Assembly (NCBI GenBank): GCA_053919585.1
Contig: CM132788.1
Direction: 5' to 3' (one strand)
DNA: 64,000 nt
Source of the DNA: Euprymna scolopes
Lineage: Eukaryota
A program made the position numbers and the translations under genes. Below are positions 13,237 to 25,560 of this stretch, piece after piece (the stretch's first letter is position 1; every line of letters starts with the position of its first letter). The notes beneath the pieces were generated by a model, which saw only the letters and a program-made list of their open reading frames with translations, did not search any database and had not been told where the DNA came from.

Positions 13237-13551
13237 CTTTACTTTTCCATGTTTAAGCTTAACGATATTGTTTTACTGCTTACATTTTCTTTTGTAATTA
13301 TACTGTATTTAATGGTGCAGATGTATTCACAGTTATGGAGATACACTTTATGCTTATAGATATGAGCTTCGCATTTATATCAGTATTTATATTCTTTACT
13401 TTTCCATGTTTAAGCTTAACCATATTAGTTTTACTGCTTACATTTTGTTTTGTAATTATACTGTATTTACTGGTATAGATGTATTCAAAGTTATGGAGAT
13501 ACGCTTTATGCTTATAGATATGAGCTTCGCATTTATATCAGCGTTTGTATT
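13237..13551. repeat. 157-bp tandem duplication
   Basis: CTTTACTTTTCCATGTTTAAGCTTAAC... starts at 13237 and 13394; the two copies are highly similar by eye. Confidence 0.95.
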
Positions 13552-13599
13552 TTTCTTACGCAGCATGTGTGTTTAATGTAACTTTTTAACTTAAAACAA

Positions 13600-14800
13600 G
13601 TTAAAGCGCTCATTTGGTGTAAGAAGCTACTATTTCGGACAATATTTTCAATGGCACTTTTTACGGATTGTAGCAGCGGGAAGCCTGCTCACATTAGATT
13701 TAAGTATATGCATGTCTTGTAAAACATTTAGTTGGTGCATTATTGTAGCGCTGAGACATGTTTGAATTTGGACACATAGTGTGGAATCTTTTACGTTGGA
13801 ACCTCTATGTTGGACCTTGTTTAAATGAGAGATAGAGAGAAAGGAGAATAGTGGTATATGTACCGGATATAGATGTGGAGAAAACACCCCATGCATGGGC
13901 GAATGATTGCTTCCCAGATATTTAAAATACTGCCATGCCTAAGTAATTTACTCGCCTGGTAGACAGAGCCAACCTTCCTTGGACCAACGTAATATCCGGT
14001 AAATTTCTTCCAATTTATGTTGTTAGTGAATGTTAAGCTAGTAAGTTTAAACAAAAGCCTATCAGGCACGGTATTATTAGTTAAGGCATTCAGTGCTTTA
14101 GATGGTTGTTGATAATTATCAAAGAAGAGAACCTGAATATTGACCGAATTAAAAGTTACAATCAATTTACTTTTACGTCCTATAACAGACTAGCGACCAT
14201 TGTATACGTTTCTACCATTGCCTAAAATACGCGTACGTATTTTTCTCGTTACTATATGGTATACATTATAGAACGCTGTGTCATCAGCAAGTATACCCAC
14301 TTCGGATATAAATTTATCAAAAGGTTGTCTGTGTATATCCTGAATGATAAAGGTAAAAATGTTGAGTCCTGAAGCACACAGCTTATGGCATGCAGTTTTG
14401 GCTGCAAGCACCGCCGGCTATTAGGATTTATATAGAGGAAAACGACATATTACTTTTCTACAAAATTTGTCAGTAGCCAAACTTATTTCGATTTTACGCG
14501 GGCTCGGTTTAGGGTATTTTCGATCATTTTCTTTTTTCGCCTTATCCGGCCGATATACAAATAAATCAATGAACATTGCAAAAATAAAACACATTTGGTT
14601 AAGCAATTAGTATAAGCAACACCACTTAACAAATATAGGTTTTTGTTCAAGATAATATACATATTCCAAAAAAAATTCATAGAAGAACCCTTTAGTAACA
14701 CAATATAATCTCAAAGAAATCGGAGCTTACGCCGGCCGAAACACATACTATAAAAACACTCGTATTAAATTGTCGGAATAATATCAATTATCAATTCCGA
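13600..14800 (-). mobile_element. old CR1/L2-group (Crack/Daphne-like) LINE ORF2 relic (reverse transcriptase)
   Basis: Ordered degenerate RT motifs across frameshifts: ISLATDKFCRKVI (cf. LDISKAFDKVW), CVLQDSTFLPLSFRIY (cf. GVPQGSVLSP), GILADDT (FADD), RKVGSVYQA..IIRPCMG, SHLNKVQHR. Confidence 0.75.
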
Positions 14801-16352
14801 ACTAAAATGCCCCCAAAACGCGCTAATTTATCATTGATATTTCAAGATTTATTTCCTAAAAGAGTAGATATCTCCCCTGCATTCCACACTCATTCGTCTT
14901 CTCCTTCTACATTTTCTATGGTAAAAACATAAAGAATATAATTACTTATAATAGTTATCAAAGCTATTTCAGCATACACTTTCCAATATATGTATCTTTC
15001 GAATTATTTGATAGATTCTAGACTTATTGATTTCTAGAACAAAGCACACATTAAATGCAGGTTAATACAAAAGAAAACACATACATCTATTGTAAGATGA
15101 AACAAATTTTATCTATTAAGAACACAGACAATAAAATAAAACATATCCATTTGAAAAAATATATTTGACAGAGAAGTAACCATTTATTTTGCCGTACAAT
15201 TTTCGCTTTAACGTAATTGTGAAACTTGGTGATGCTCCTTGTATCGTTAGAGACGAAGACATTATAAATAATATGTGTAGCACGGCCGTCTTTAAGTAAT
15301 TAAGAAAGAATTCGTTCTTTCATTCGTAAATATAGTTAAAATCTTAATTAATGATATATGCAGACACGTTTTAAATCGTGTTTTATATTACTCGTATGCA
15401 TTACAATAATAACACGCTTACTTCATTTAAAAAATTAATTTAAGATACAACCCGTGACACTTAAAAATCGAAGGTTTCGATTTCATTTCATATATAGGCA
15501 CTTCGAATCTGTGTATTTCTAGTTATTACGTAATTTACCGTACACGTTTTAATCTATTTCTTTGTTTTATTTAATAAGGTAATCATATAGCCAATTTATC
15601 CGCCGAACACACTTTTATTGATAACGTTATAGGTATTTGAAAACACCTTTCCTTGAAACGAACAAACGAAACACAGGCTATAAAACTCTGCAGAGTTATA
15701 GAAGCATGTGAGCATCTCAATGATCCCTTCCCCATCGATTCATGGAAGGTTTAGATTAAACGATTGAAACACCTGTTTAATATTTCTATGATTTAATAGG
15801 TACTCCCATTATTAGGTTATGCATTCAGTTTTATCCTTGATTGTTTACAGATAGCGTCAAAAACCATTATGATAAAATATGTATGATTCGTTTCGTTATA
15901 ATAATATCCTCTTCAAATTGGGATACACGGGCAAATAAATGAGAAGAATTGTGATATATAAAAGTAATAGTATATAGAATAAATAATGAAAATATGTTCT
16001 TTCAGAATTTGTGGTTTGAAGAGAACGGTTAAATATCAAACAGTGCAGTAACACAAATTTTCTTGAACAATCTATTTCAAATATATTTTTTCTCAGTGTT
16101 AATGCTAGTTTGTCAGTGAATTATCCAAATCTTTTAATAAGTATTTGTCGGGCGTTGAATACATATTCGTTGGAAGTTGTATTTATTTTATTTTCAGTCG
16201 CCAAACATTGCTATTACGCCATATTTTCATACATTGAATTTTTCTCACATTTATCTTCATTGGCACGATTCGACCTTTCGTAAATTCTAAACTCATAGCA
16301 CATTTATTTCGAATAGCCTCTGCATATCCTTAAATATCAAAATAGTGGGCAA

Positions 16353-17460
16353 TTAGCGGGGAACCCAGCGTTGCCCGGATGTTTCGAGGTATGTGCGGTT
16401 TTGGGTGAATCAAAACAAAAGAATAATAAAAAATGGTTGCCCGGGTGTTTGTTTTCGGGGTGGTGGTGGGGAGTTTAAAACATGCAATTGGCCAAAAAAG
16501 AAAAGAAAGAAGAAAAAACAAACAAAAAACAAAAAAGAAGAAAAAAGAAGAAAAAGAAAAAAAGAATAAAAAAGAAGGAAAAAGAAGAAGAAAAATAAAA
16601 TAAAGAACAACAAGAAGAAAATAAAAAGAAAGAAAAAAGGAAAAAAGAAGAAAAAAGAAGAAAAAAGACAAACAGAAAGAAGGATAGCGTCTGAAATGAA
16701 AATATGTTTATTTTATACTAGTATTTAATATATTTATTTATTTGTCTTTTGTTTTGTTTCTGCAAAAGATTTATCCACATACAGTAATTTTATTTACCTG
16801 ATTGTTTGTTGGGAATTGTTAATCGGTGAGGCTAGGTCGATAAAGGATTGAACGTGGCATATATACAGTTGGATACGCAATTAATAGCTGCAGACCGATA
16901 GTTATATGTAAAATCTAGAATCCAATGTTAGTTCGTTTCGTGTTTTTGTGTATGTAATACACGCGATTGTTTCTGTGTAAACTGTAGTGTGCGGCGGAGA
17001 ACGGATTCCTCGAAGAGAACTGAACTGTATTAACCTGAATGTTGGTTGGGGAGTGTTAATTTATGAGGACATGTCGAAAAAGAAAGGAACGTGGCATATA
17101 GTTGGGAATCCAATGGTAGTATAACTACGAACTCAACCCAGTGCTTCCTCGTAGTGCCCCTTGTAGACATATCCCCACCGGTAGTAAGTGGGCGCAGGAG
17201 GAGTATGAATGTAATAGAGGGAAAATATTTTATCACGTCCATAGATTGTAACCGAATGTTGCCGTGGAATCTCAGCAGAAAAATATAGGTGTCTAAGTTT
17301 ATCGAGTAAGTGGACAGGCGATAGGCCTACAACAGGCCGAAGGCAATGTGCTGCAGTGCGTGCACATTACCTTTTCATGAAATGTCTTGATTTCCAATCC
17401 TATTAAGGTCAAAATCGCAGGGGTAAAATGAGTTCATTTTATTCACACAGAAGAAGATAG
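16353..17460 (-). mobile_element. probable non-autonomous Helitron with an A/G-rich low-complexity interior
   Basis: 3' end (plus strand TTAG-CGGGGAA-CCCAGCGTTGCCCGGATGTTTCGAGG) matches the family A terminus; a second TTGCCCGGGTGTTT at ~16437; candidate 5' end TCTTCTTCTGTGTGAATAAAATGAA near 17455. Confidence 0.5.
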
Positions 17461-17926
17461 ATAGAAGAATAGATAGAAGAAGATATATAGAAGATAGAAT
17501 AGAGAAGACAAAAATAAATTTCTCGGAAAATATTAAGCATATCCGATATGAAATAAATGAAAAGGGGTGAACTTTCTGTAAAAAGGAAATGCTGATTTTC
17601 TCACGTATTTACCGAACCATTTTAAAAATTTATACTAGATATATGTAAACAGATCCAACTATTTTCGCTTGTTGGTTTTTAGGTTAAGCATCTATGGTAT
17701 GATGATAACGATCGTTAACGAATAATTGTATTTTTCGTACGTGCACCTGCGCTTGACATGAGAAAACTAATATTGAGTCAATTTTCTAATCTAATACAGG
17801 AAAAAGTTTTGCCTCATAAATTTAAATCCTTTACGACAGTAAATAAGTTTGAATCAAGTTAAAAGATATATCGTCACATTTGCATACATACACATAAAAA
17901 TACATGCACACGCTCGAGCACGCAGA

Positions 17927-17989
<63 letters not shown>

Positions 17990-18017
17990 AGAGATTGAGA
18001 GAAAGGGAAGAGAGAGA

Positions 18018-18050
18018 GTAGCAAGGAGAGCCCGGTGTTGCCCGGTTGTA
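18018..18050 (-). mobile_element. Helitron 3'-end remnant (hairpin)
   Basis: GTAGCAAGGAGAG-CCCGGTGTTGCCCGG: same hairpin as the other copies, but the terminal CTAG is mutated. Confidence 0.45.
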
Positions 18051-18081
18051 AAATACACTGAAATCTGCTATTTTATTTAAT

Positions 18082-18372
18082 GTATACTGCACAATCACGT
18101 CGACACGCCGGTTCTAGTCAGATAACCGAAGTTAAGTAACGTTGAGCTTGTCCAGTACTAGAGGAGTGACCAGTTAGGAAGGCGAGGTGCTGTATGTATC
18201 GCGAGGTAAAATACCAGGTTGAGAAACTGGCGCGGTTTATCCTACTCTCGAGTGTAGATGGGACTCTCTTAAACCGTGGAAGGCAACCCATCTAGTGATT
18301 GTATCACGATAAAAATTTCCTTGGTAGCCCTGGCGAATCAGCTACCGACAATATTTTAATTACACTACACAC
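18082..18372 (+). mobile_element. 5S rRNA-derived SINE-like element (SINE3 type), copy A
   Basis: 18082-18196 aligns by eye to animal 5S rRNA (CCGGTTCTAGTCAGATAACCGAAGTTAAGTAACGTTGAGC..AGTACT..GTGACC..GGTGCTGTA), followed by a ~165-bp non-5S body and a CACTACACAC tail. Confidence 0.75.
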
Positions 18373-20368
18373 TCTTGTAGTGAGTTCAATTCCGGCTACG
18401 GCCGCACTAGATGTATGGAATTCATGCAGTGTTCGAATTAATTATTATATAGTCAATTTCCTCTCAATCATTTAATACTATATAATGCACGATATATAGC
18501 AGTACTTTCAAAAGTAAATCTAATATGTAGCTTGTGTGCTATTTTAATCAAAACCGAAAACAAACCTTTTAAGATTAACGCTTGCAAGCAAGGAAGCCTG
18601 GCCGATCCTAATGTAACTAATTTATCATGTTGTGTGATGTTTACTGAAATAAAGCAGCTATACTGTAAATATTTTGAATATAGTTTCCAAATTATCTTTC
18701 ATTATCATAATGTGCGTCTGATGTGTGTTATTAATTGATTTTTTTTTTCAGTATTCTTTGAATCAGAGTTACGGATTAATACAGAGCAGTATCTAACGAA
18801 AACTGCGATCAAATGTAACTATATTTACCTCTTATTTTGTATACTGTATTATAGTTAAGGGCTATTACGTTTGCCAATAAAGATCTCTAAACACCATTGG
18901 TCTCTTTAAAGGGTTGGCTTTTAGTATATTAAAAGCTTGTTTAAACCCTAACATATTTTCTAATTTCTCATTTAGTTTATTTCTATGTATGTATTGTGGG
19001 GAGTTGAATTTAAAATTATTTATAATAAACTGGCAGAGAAAAAACTAACATAAGTATTGAAAGGTAAACATACCTGATATGATAAAAAAAACAGACGTAC
19101 TTCTCGGTTGCAAAATCATTGCGTCATTTTGCATCTCGACTTAGTCCTGAAGGTGATTCATTGCAAGGAGTGATTATTATGTTTGTTCTGATTTATAATT
19201 CCAATAGAGTAAGCCGTTCGTTTCGTCGAATAATAATTTCAATATAAACATTTTAAGCTGATTGAAAATTAATTAATAAAGTAGACTACTCTCGCCGAGG
19301 AGAGAAGAGTGGACCCCAATCGCATTTAAATTAATAAGTTCATTAGTGTAAGAAAGAGATACCACAAACTCCGTCTGTCTATTAAGAAATACATACAGTA
19401 ACTAACTTTCTCAGTTTAACTGCCCGCGCATGTCGGGGTTGAATTAAAATAAACCAATGAGAAAGGCTGTAATAAAAACATGACCTCCAATTTTTATCAA
19501 CTAATGAATATTCGATTTCAAACTATGCAATTTTTGACAGTATTACAATCTAAAATTTAATCTATATGTTTGAGTCTTGTACGTGTTCTGTCTACGCGTG
19601 TGCTTTCAAAAAGATTGTCTTTGATATTAAGATTTGACCCTAATAACAGCGCCAGTTAATTTAAGGATATTAGTACATAAAACTTTTACTCGAAAGTATA
19701 GTTCATCACCTCCAAGTAGTATGTCAATACAAATCCTATTTGTTTGGAGATCTTTTTTTCTCCCGTTCTACATTTTAGCGGTCATATAAATGTTTTATTA
19801 ATCCTACGCTGTATGTACAGTAGTATGTGCGTTTAAATGGTGTTGTCAAGAGTGGAAATGACATTATTTGTATAAACTTTGCTTCACAGAAAGCTGAAAA
19901 TATAAAACTATGTGTTATTCCTCCCGCTTTTTTCATTAGTGAAATAGAAAGCATGCACGTCAAGTCAGTTTTCAGATATAATATGCTACTTTTATTTAAT
20001 ATAACTGTATATAAACATGAACACAATTTTAAAGATAACTTTAAAATTACATTAGATTCATTTTAGGACATATGCGTATAGTATCGTAATGTACAAGTAA
20101 AAAGAATTAAAACATACAATTACAAATAATTACAAATATATAAACTATATAAATTACTTCGCCTACGAATACTTTATATTTTGGACTTTTAAAACTGTTT
20201 TCATATTTAATTAATTTTTGAAAATATTTTTGATTGATTTTTATTGAGTCTGTTCGACTTTACAATAAACACCTCTTTAACTATACTTAGACAGTATTCA
20301 TTTAGAGCGTATAAGAGTGTTATTGGCCTTAATTGAATTAACTTTTTTGGATTTAATATAATCTCTTA

Positions 20369-21660
20369 TAGGCACCGCCACAACTGGGGGGGTAGGTAAG
20401 TACTTTTTGATGACCGTCTTTTTTAAAAATCTACCAAAAATCAGATAATTATCCGTTCAATACGAAATTTTCAGCGATTATTAAGAGAAGAATGAACTTT
20501 ATAACAGTGTACTTATTTTTCATGAACGATATTTATGTATATATGTTTGGCTTACAACCTCCCTTGTTTTGAGGGGGTACAACTATGCTTAAAGTAATCA
20601 TCTGAAACTGAACACAACATATTGTGCTGCTGTAAGGGACAGAATTATAGATTAAAGAAAAGAACTTGTTTGCATACCTTATTTTGACGTCTGAATATCA
20701 GAACTTCGATTGTGTTTAATTATCCCACTTTTGAGTCTTGGCGTGTGAAATTCGGTGAATATGTTTAGTAAAACAATTAATTTAAGTTAAGCAAAAAAGA
20801 AAAAAATAGTTATACGAAAAAAGCGATTTTAAAATCTTTGATAAATAAATTAACCATGTTTTTAGCGAGCCGAATAATGCATGACCATTATTAAACAGCG
20901 CATGCTGTGAAGAATCGATACAAAAAAATTGATAAATATTGTGCCCTTTGTATTAAAAATAGCATCATTTTTTCGATCCCGTTTGAAAACGTTTGCACCC
21001 TTTCGACTACGGTGGACCTAACGCGCTGAAATAATTTTTTTTTATTCTGCTTTAAATTGCCCCCCCCCCATTTTGTGGTGCCTGGCCCCCACATACATAC
21101 ACATTAAAAACCAAACTCATAAAAATGGTCACCTCAGCATTAATAATACATTGAAATTTTCGTCACTGAAAAAAAAGTTTTTTTTGGCCTGTTTGGTCTT
21201 CCATAGTTTGCGCTTTATCAACTAAAAACGTAAACATTGTCAATCTAGACTCTAGATCGACGCGAAGTAACTGGTTGCCTATATGAATAAGTTGAATTAT
21301 TTGAAATCCAGGTACTTATATTATAATATTTTTTCATATTCTCATAGAAAATCATCCTAAATCTTAGTTAGACAACAAATAAATTAATTATTTCAAAAAC
21401 CTTTTCTTAAAAATATTTATGTACGTTTTTTGTGCAAGACAAAAATGTCAATTGTTAACTTTTTGGGAAAATTAAACATTTAAAATTTAATTAAAAAAAG
21501 GGGAAAAGTTCTACATTATTCAGTTTTCTATATGATAAAATTCAAGGTTTTATTTTTCTGGAAAAAAAAAGTTCCTCAGAAATAATGGATTTTAATAAAT
21601 GTAATTTCGTTTTAAAAAACAACAACAACTTGATTTTTCGGCCATTTTTGGCGGTACCTA
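20369..21660. mobile_element. non-autonomous hAT-like DNA transposon
   Basis: TIRs TAGGCACCGCCACAACTGG and TAGGTACCGCCAAAAATGG (16/19 match) with a perfect 8-bp TSD ATCTCTTA at 20361-20368 and 21661-21668; no recognisable transposase inside. Confidence 0.75.
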
Positions 21661-22004
21661 ATCTCTTAACACCACAAACTGAATGTTTTCTATTGTGGTC
21701 ATTATTTGATACACGGTCATTAATTATTTTTTTTTACCAATTTAACTTTAGAAACAACACTTGGATCCATACACAAAAGGATTAAAGAATAATAATGGCC
21801 TACCAGAAATAAAGTCAAATTGTAATGATATACGCCCATCGACGCCGACTTTCTTTTGCTATTAATCGCATTCGCTTGATAAAATATTCTTTAAGTTTCT
21901 ATATGGATAAAATTTGCGATTAACTTTATATCTGTAGAAGCTATAGCATTGTTTATTGTATAGTATATACCTGCAGAGCGTTAAGATATTCATTAACCCG
22001 TATA

Positions 22005-22289
22005 GGTTGGCTGGGTGTTTTTTTTTGTTTTACGGCATATCAACCCTTTTCAGGTTATTTAATGCCGAATCCAGTGAGTTTGAAGAACAATTTTTTAATA
22101 GAATGTATTTCTTTGTTTTTTTTTTTAAGTCGTTTTCTATTAAACTCATAGTGGGCACCTTAACAGGTAATGCCAGTCCGGGTCACACTTGACCTGGGAG
22201 CAATGGCAATTAAAGGGCGGCTCCACACTTGCCAAAGCCCGCACGCTGGGGCCTCACCACCGGATATAGTTTAAGGTCATTTCCAGGAA
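22005..22289 (-). mobile_element. SINE-like interspersed repeat, copy 2
   Basis: Reverse complement of the 1495-1755 family. Confidence 0.85.
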
Positions 22290-22899
22290 CTGACTCGTAT
22301 TGATGTTCATAAATAACTACAGTACTAAACATTTGACGGACTATCTCTAAATTGCTTAACGATAAAAGAAGTTTTGCGAAGATCGCGAATCCACTGAAAA
22401 AGCGATAATTTTTTTAATTAATTCTTTTATTAATAATATTGAACGATGTTAATGTTAATGCAACGGTATTCCCCAAGTATAATTGAATCAAGACAATACA
22501 TTACCTTTGTTGTGATGTGATGGGGAGACACCGTTCAGCTAAAAAGTGCGGTTCATTATTAGTGTAACAGGGATGATTTGAAATATATGTCTTTTGAGGT
22601 GTAAAAAATTTATGATATACCAGCTGTGAGAAAGGGAAAATAGTAGCGATTTTATAAGAACGTCGTTTAGAATTAAATATAGTGTTAAAAGCGTACAGCT
22701 GATCAAGAAGTTCTACCTTATCAAGTGTTAATAACTAGATTAACTCTAGTTCTGCAGCAGGAGAATTATTCATTAAACGACCGTTTCTGAATTTTCCAGA
22801 ATTCCTGTTATTGTGGGGCATAATGCATTTTTTTTGTTATCCGAGTATACCATTTTCTTGACTACCACTATTACAACCTCCAAAGATTTGGATGCTTTA

Positions 22900-23710
22900 A
22901 ATTTATGTACGTTTGTAGTGGACTGAAAACAACTGAATTTGCGAAATCTTTTCTATTTCGAGGAATAACAGGATTAGAGGTAGAAGTAAGCCATATATGA
23001 GACTAAATTACAGGTGGTTTAATCCCTGAATTGACATCTTCAGTTAATTTATTAGGGTGTTAATAAGCAGGGAAAGCAAAGATTAAGCCAGCATACCTTC
23101 CTATAGGATTTCGTATCTTTTAATTTGCGCTACATATTGCCGTTGTATACCAACGATAGTGCGGACAAGACATTCACTTTTTTCAACTAATGGCAATAGA
23201 TTCTTGTATTTAGTTCTAATTTGATTTATTGATTAATTATTTAACCCCAAGTCTTTCCTAATTCTACATGCTTAACTTTATCGTCGATGAGAGTTCAGCA
23301 TTAACGAATGATGATTCATAAAGATATAAAAATAAAATGAATTAATTTAATATTAGTTGAACTTTTTGATAAGAACTTAACGTTTTTGCATTTTTTGGTT
23401 AGTCTTTCCTCGCAGTTTCATTCGCTTTCCTTGATCAGCTTTCTCTGGTTGAATAAATCGCTTTAACGATAGTCATTCCAGCTTTGATTCAAATTAACAT
23501 TCAAATATGTATTTTTAGATTTTGCAAGTATAAGTTTGCATCTCAATGTGTTTAAATTATTACCGCATGCATTTTTACATTTATTTGTAATGTGTAAAAT
23601 AGTCACGAATAACTTGAAGGCCCACCGGGCGTGTAAAATATTCATAACAAACGTTCCCTATTTATAATTCTTAGAATAATCCCCTTATAATTATTGGAAA
23701 GCAACTTCCC
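22900..23710 (-). mobile_element. possible very old Penelope/Poseidon-type RT + GIY-YIG relic
   Basis: Weak resemblances in the expected order: NNLNTLRCKLILAKSKNTYLNV (cf. LN..HPSIKFT.E...LPFLDV), then KNLLPLVEKS...YVAQIKR (cf. KD.IP...KSNVVY...YIGQTKR). Confidence 0.3.
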
Positions 23711-23711
23711 C

Positions 23712-23751
<40 letters not shown>

Positions 23752-23826
23752 CATATACATATATATATACATATATATAATATATATATATATATATATA
23801 GTAATTTATAAAATATATATGGCGAT

Positions 23827-23880
23827 TAAGCTACACTGAATATTCTGCGTTTCATCCAACTATAGGATTCGTCAGGCTTA
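23827..23880 (-). ncRNA. type I hammerhead ribozyme in a PLE pseudo-LTR
   Basis: Minus strand: UAAGC-CUGACGA-AUCC(uauaguu)GGAU-GAAA-CGC(agaauauuca)GU-GUA-GCUUA. Stem I UAAGC/GCUUA, stem II AUCC/GGAU, stem III ACGC/GUGU, intact CUGANGA and GAAA boxes, GUA cleavage triplet. Confidence 0.85.
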
Positions 23881-24736
23881 TGCGCGAATTCTGTCTTTGC
23901 TTCTTGTTTTTATACATGTTGAGGATTACTAGTTGCCCAATCAGCTTTCTAGTATCCACCGCGCCCCTTCCTACCAGCCAATGGGCATGCATTTTATCAA
24001 ACAAAGGATCTGTTTTAGAGCTAGGTTAGTGGTTTTAGGTGGCCGTTCTCCTTTTTTTATTTTTTTATTTTTTATATATACATATAAATATACCTATGTG
24101 TACACAATAATGCACACATATACACATATATATATATATATATACCCACACATATGCGTGTGATCGTTTATGTATATTCATGTTTATTTAATTTATTTAT
24201 TTGTTTGTTTTCTATTGTTATTGTTAGTTTTAAAGCTATTTTGTATCGCTATCCTAGAGTGAGTTTTATTTTGTGAACACAGTTGGTTGCTATTTCCCGC
24301 CTACAGTTTAATAGATTTTGAGGTTCTTTAAAGTACAGGATAGAGAATTTTTCATGGAGGCATAATTTATATGGGTCGTCTTAATGTCTGCATGTGGTAG
24401 CTTGTCTTATTATTTTCAATTCTACTGCCGGCGAATGTCCGCTTTCTTTGAGTTCCCAGTATTTATTCGCTAGTGTTGTTTTTATACGGTGTTTTTTTTA
24501 TTTTTGAATGTGCTTTTGTGGTCATAGTATCGGGTTTTGAAATCTAAGGAAGTCATTCCTATGTAATATTTCTTGTTATTCGGGTTTTCTTTTGCAAATA
24601 TTGTTGCTTGATAGACTACGCTTTTTGTTAGACATTTGTTTTGGACTGGGCAAAATGTGCGGTGTCTACAATTGCATTTATCTTGTTCGTTATTAGTATT
24701 TTTATTTATGGTATGGTTGTACTTGTCCGGGGTTGG

Positions 24737-24740
<4 letters not shown>

Positions 24741-24802
<62 letters not shown>
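24741..24802. repeat. (ATT)n microsatellite expanded inside the PLE ORF linker
   Basis: Direct reading; it produces the poly-Ile and poly-Leu ORFs in the track. Confidence 0.95.
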
Positions 24803-25301
24803 TCTGCTAGTGTTGTTTTTATTTCTGTCCTTGTGTCTACTTTTTTATTGTTTATTTTGTTGTTGTTTACATTGTTTTCATTTAGTATTTTGTTATTATG
24901 TGCCTTAATTATCATCTCTAAATTTTCGCAACAACTGTAAGATAACTTCAAGGTATTTTTATTGAAGATTTTGTGTAAGGGGTTGGTTGCGGGAAAGTGT
25001 TTTTCAATAAGATCTAGAAATTTCTTGCCAAGTTTTGTTTTTAACATTTGATTTTATGGGGCCGTATACCAAATTATAGTTTTTTTCTTCTGGTTTTTCT
25101 TTTATTATAATTGTTGGTGTTTTGTTGTTTATATATGATTTCGATATTTTTGTATCCACTATTTTTTAGGGATGTATCGTAAATATTGGATGACCTGTTA
25201 AATGCATTTTCATCGCTTGAGTTATTTTGAAGTAAATACTTAAAGTTTACGCATAAATCTATACTTTCGTATAGTAAATTTATGTGAATAAATGAAATAG
25301 T

Positions 25302-25346
<45 letters not shown>

Positions 25347-25515
25347 TACTAGAGTGGATGAAACGCGGAATATTCAGTGTGGCTTAATCGCCACATATAT
25401 TTTATAACTTACTAACTAGCTCTACCTACGTAGTGAGCACTTTTGAAGTAAATACTTAAAGTTTATGCATAAATTTATACTTTCGTATATTAATTTTATG
25501 TGAGTAAATGAAGTA

Positions 25516-25560
<45 letters not shown>

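Larger units (their letters stand above)
23800..25520 (-). mobile_element. 5'-truncated Penelope-like retroelement (Hydra-clade-like, C-terminal GIY-YIG) with inverted pLTR fragments
   Basis: Minus-strand ORF relic 25225-24250: SSDENAFN..LKNSGY, IIWYTAP, LGKKFLDLIEKHFP..LHKIFNKNTLKLSYSC, CNCRHRTFCP (CxCx5C), VVYQA..YYIGMT..FKTRY..H, LCLHEK, LLNCRRE..CVH. HHR downstream. Plus-strand pLTR pieces at 25226-25302 and 25355-25519. (TA)n on both flanks. Confidence 0.88.

Noticed and set aside
16330-16671. Phe/Leu-rich 'membrane protein' ORFs
   Set aside because: Reverse translation of an A/G-rich low-complexity tract.
17030-17242. SQLYATF as helicase motif GQLYVA
   Set aside because: Flanking residues do not match PIF1 motif VI.
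24636-24940. Poly-Leu and poly-Ile ORFs on the plus strand
   Set aside because: Antisense to the PLE ORF and driven by an (ATT)n expansion.
24250-25225. Selenoprotein-type (Naiad) recoding of the PLE ORF
   Set aside because: The endonuclease is C-terminal and the interrupting stops I read are TAA plus frameshifts, not TGA at Cys positions.
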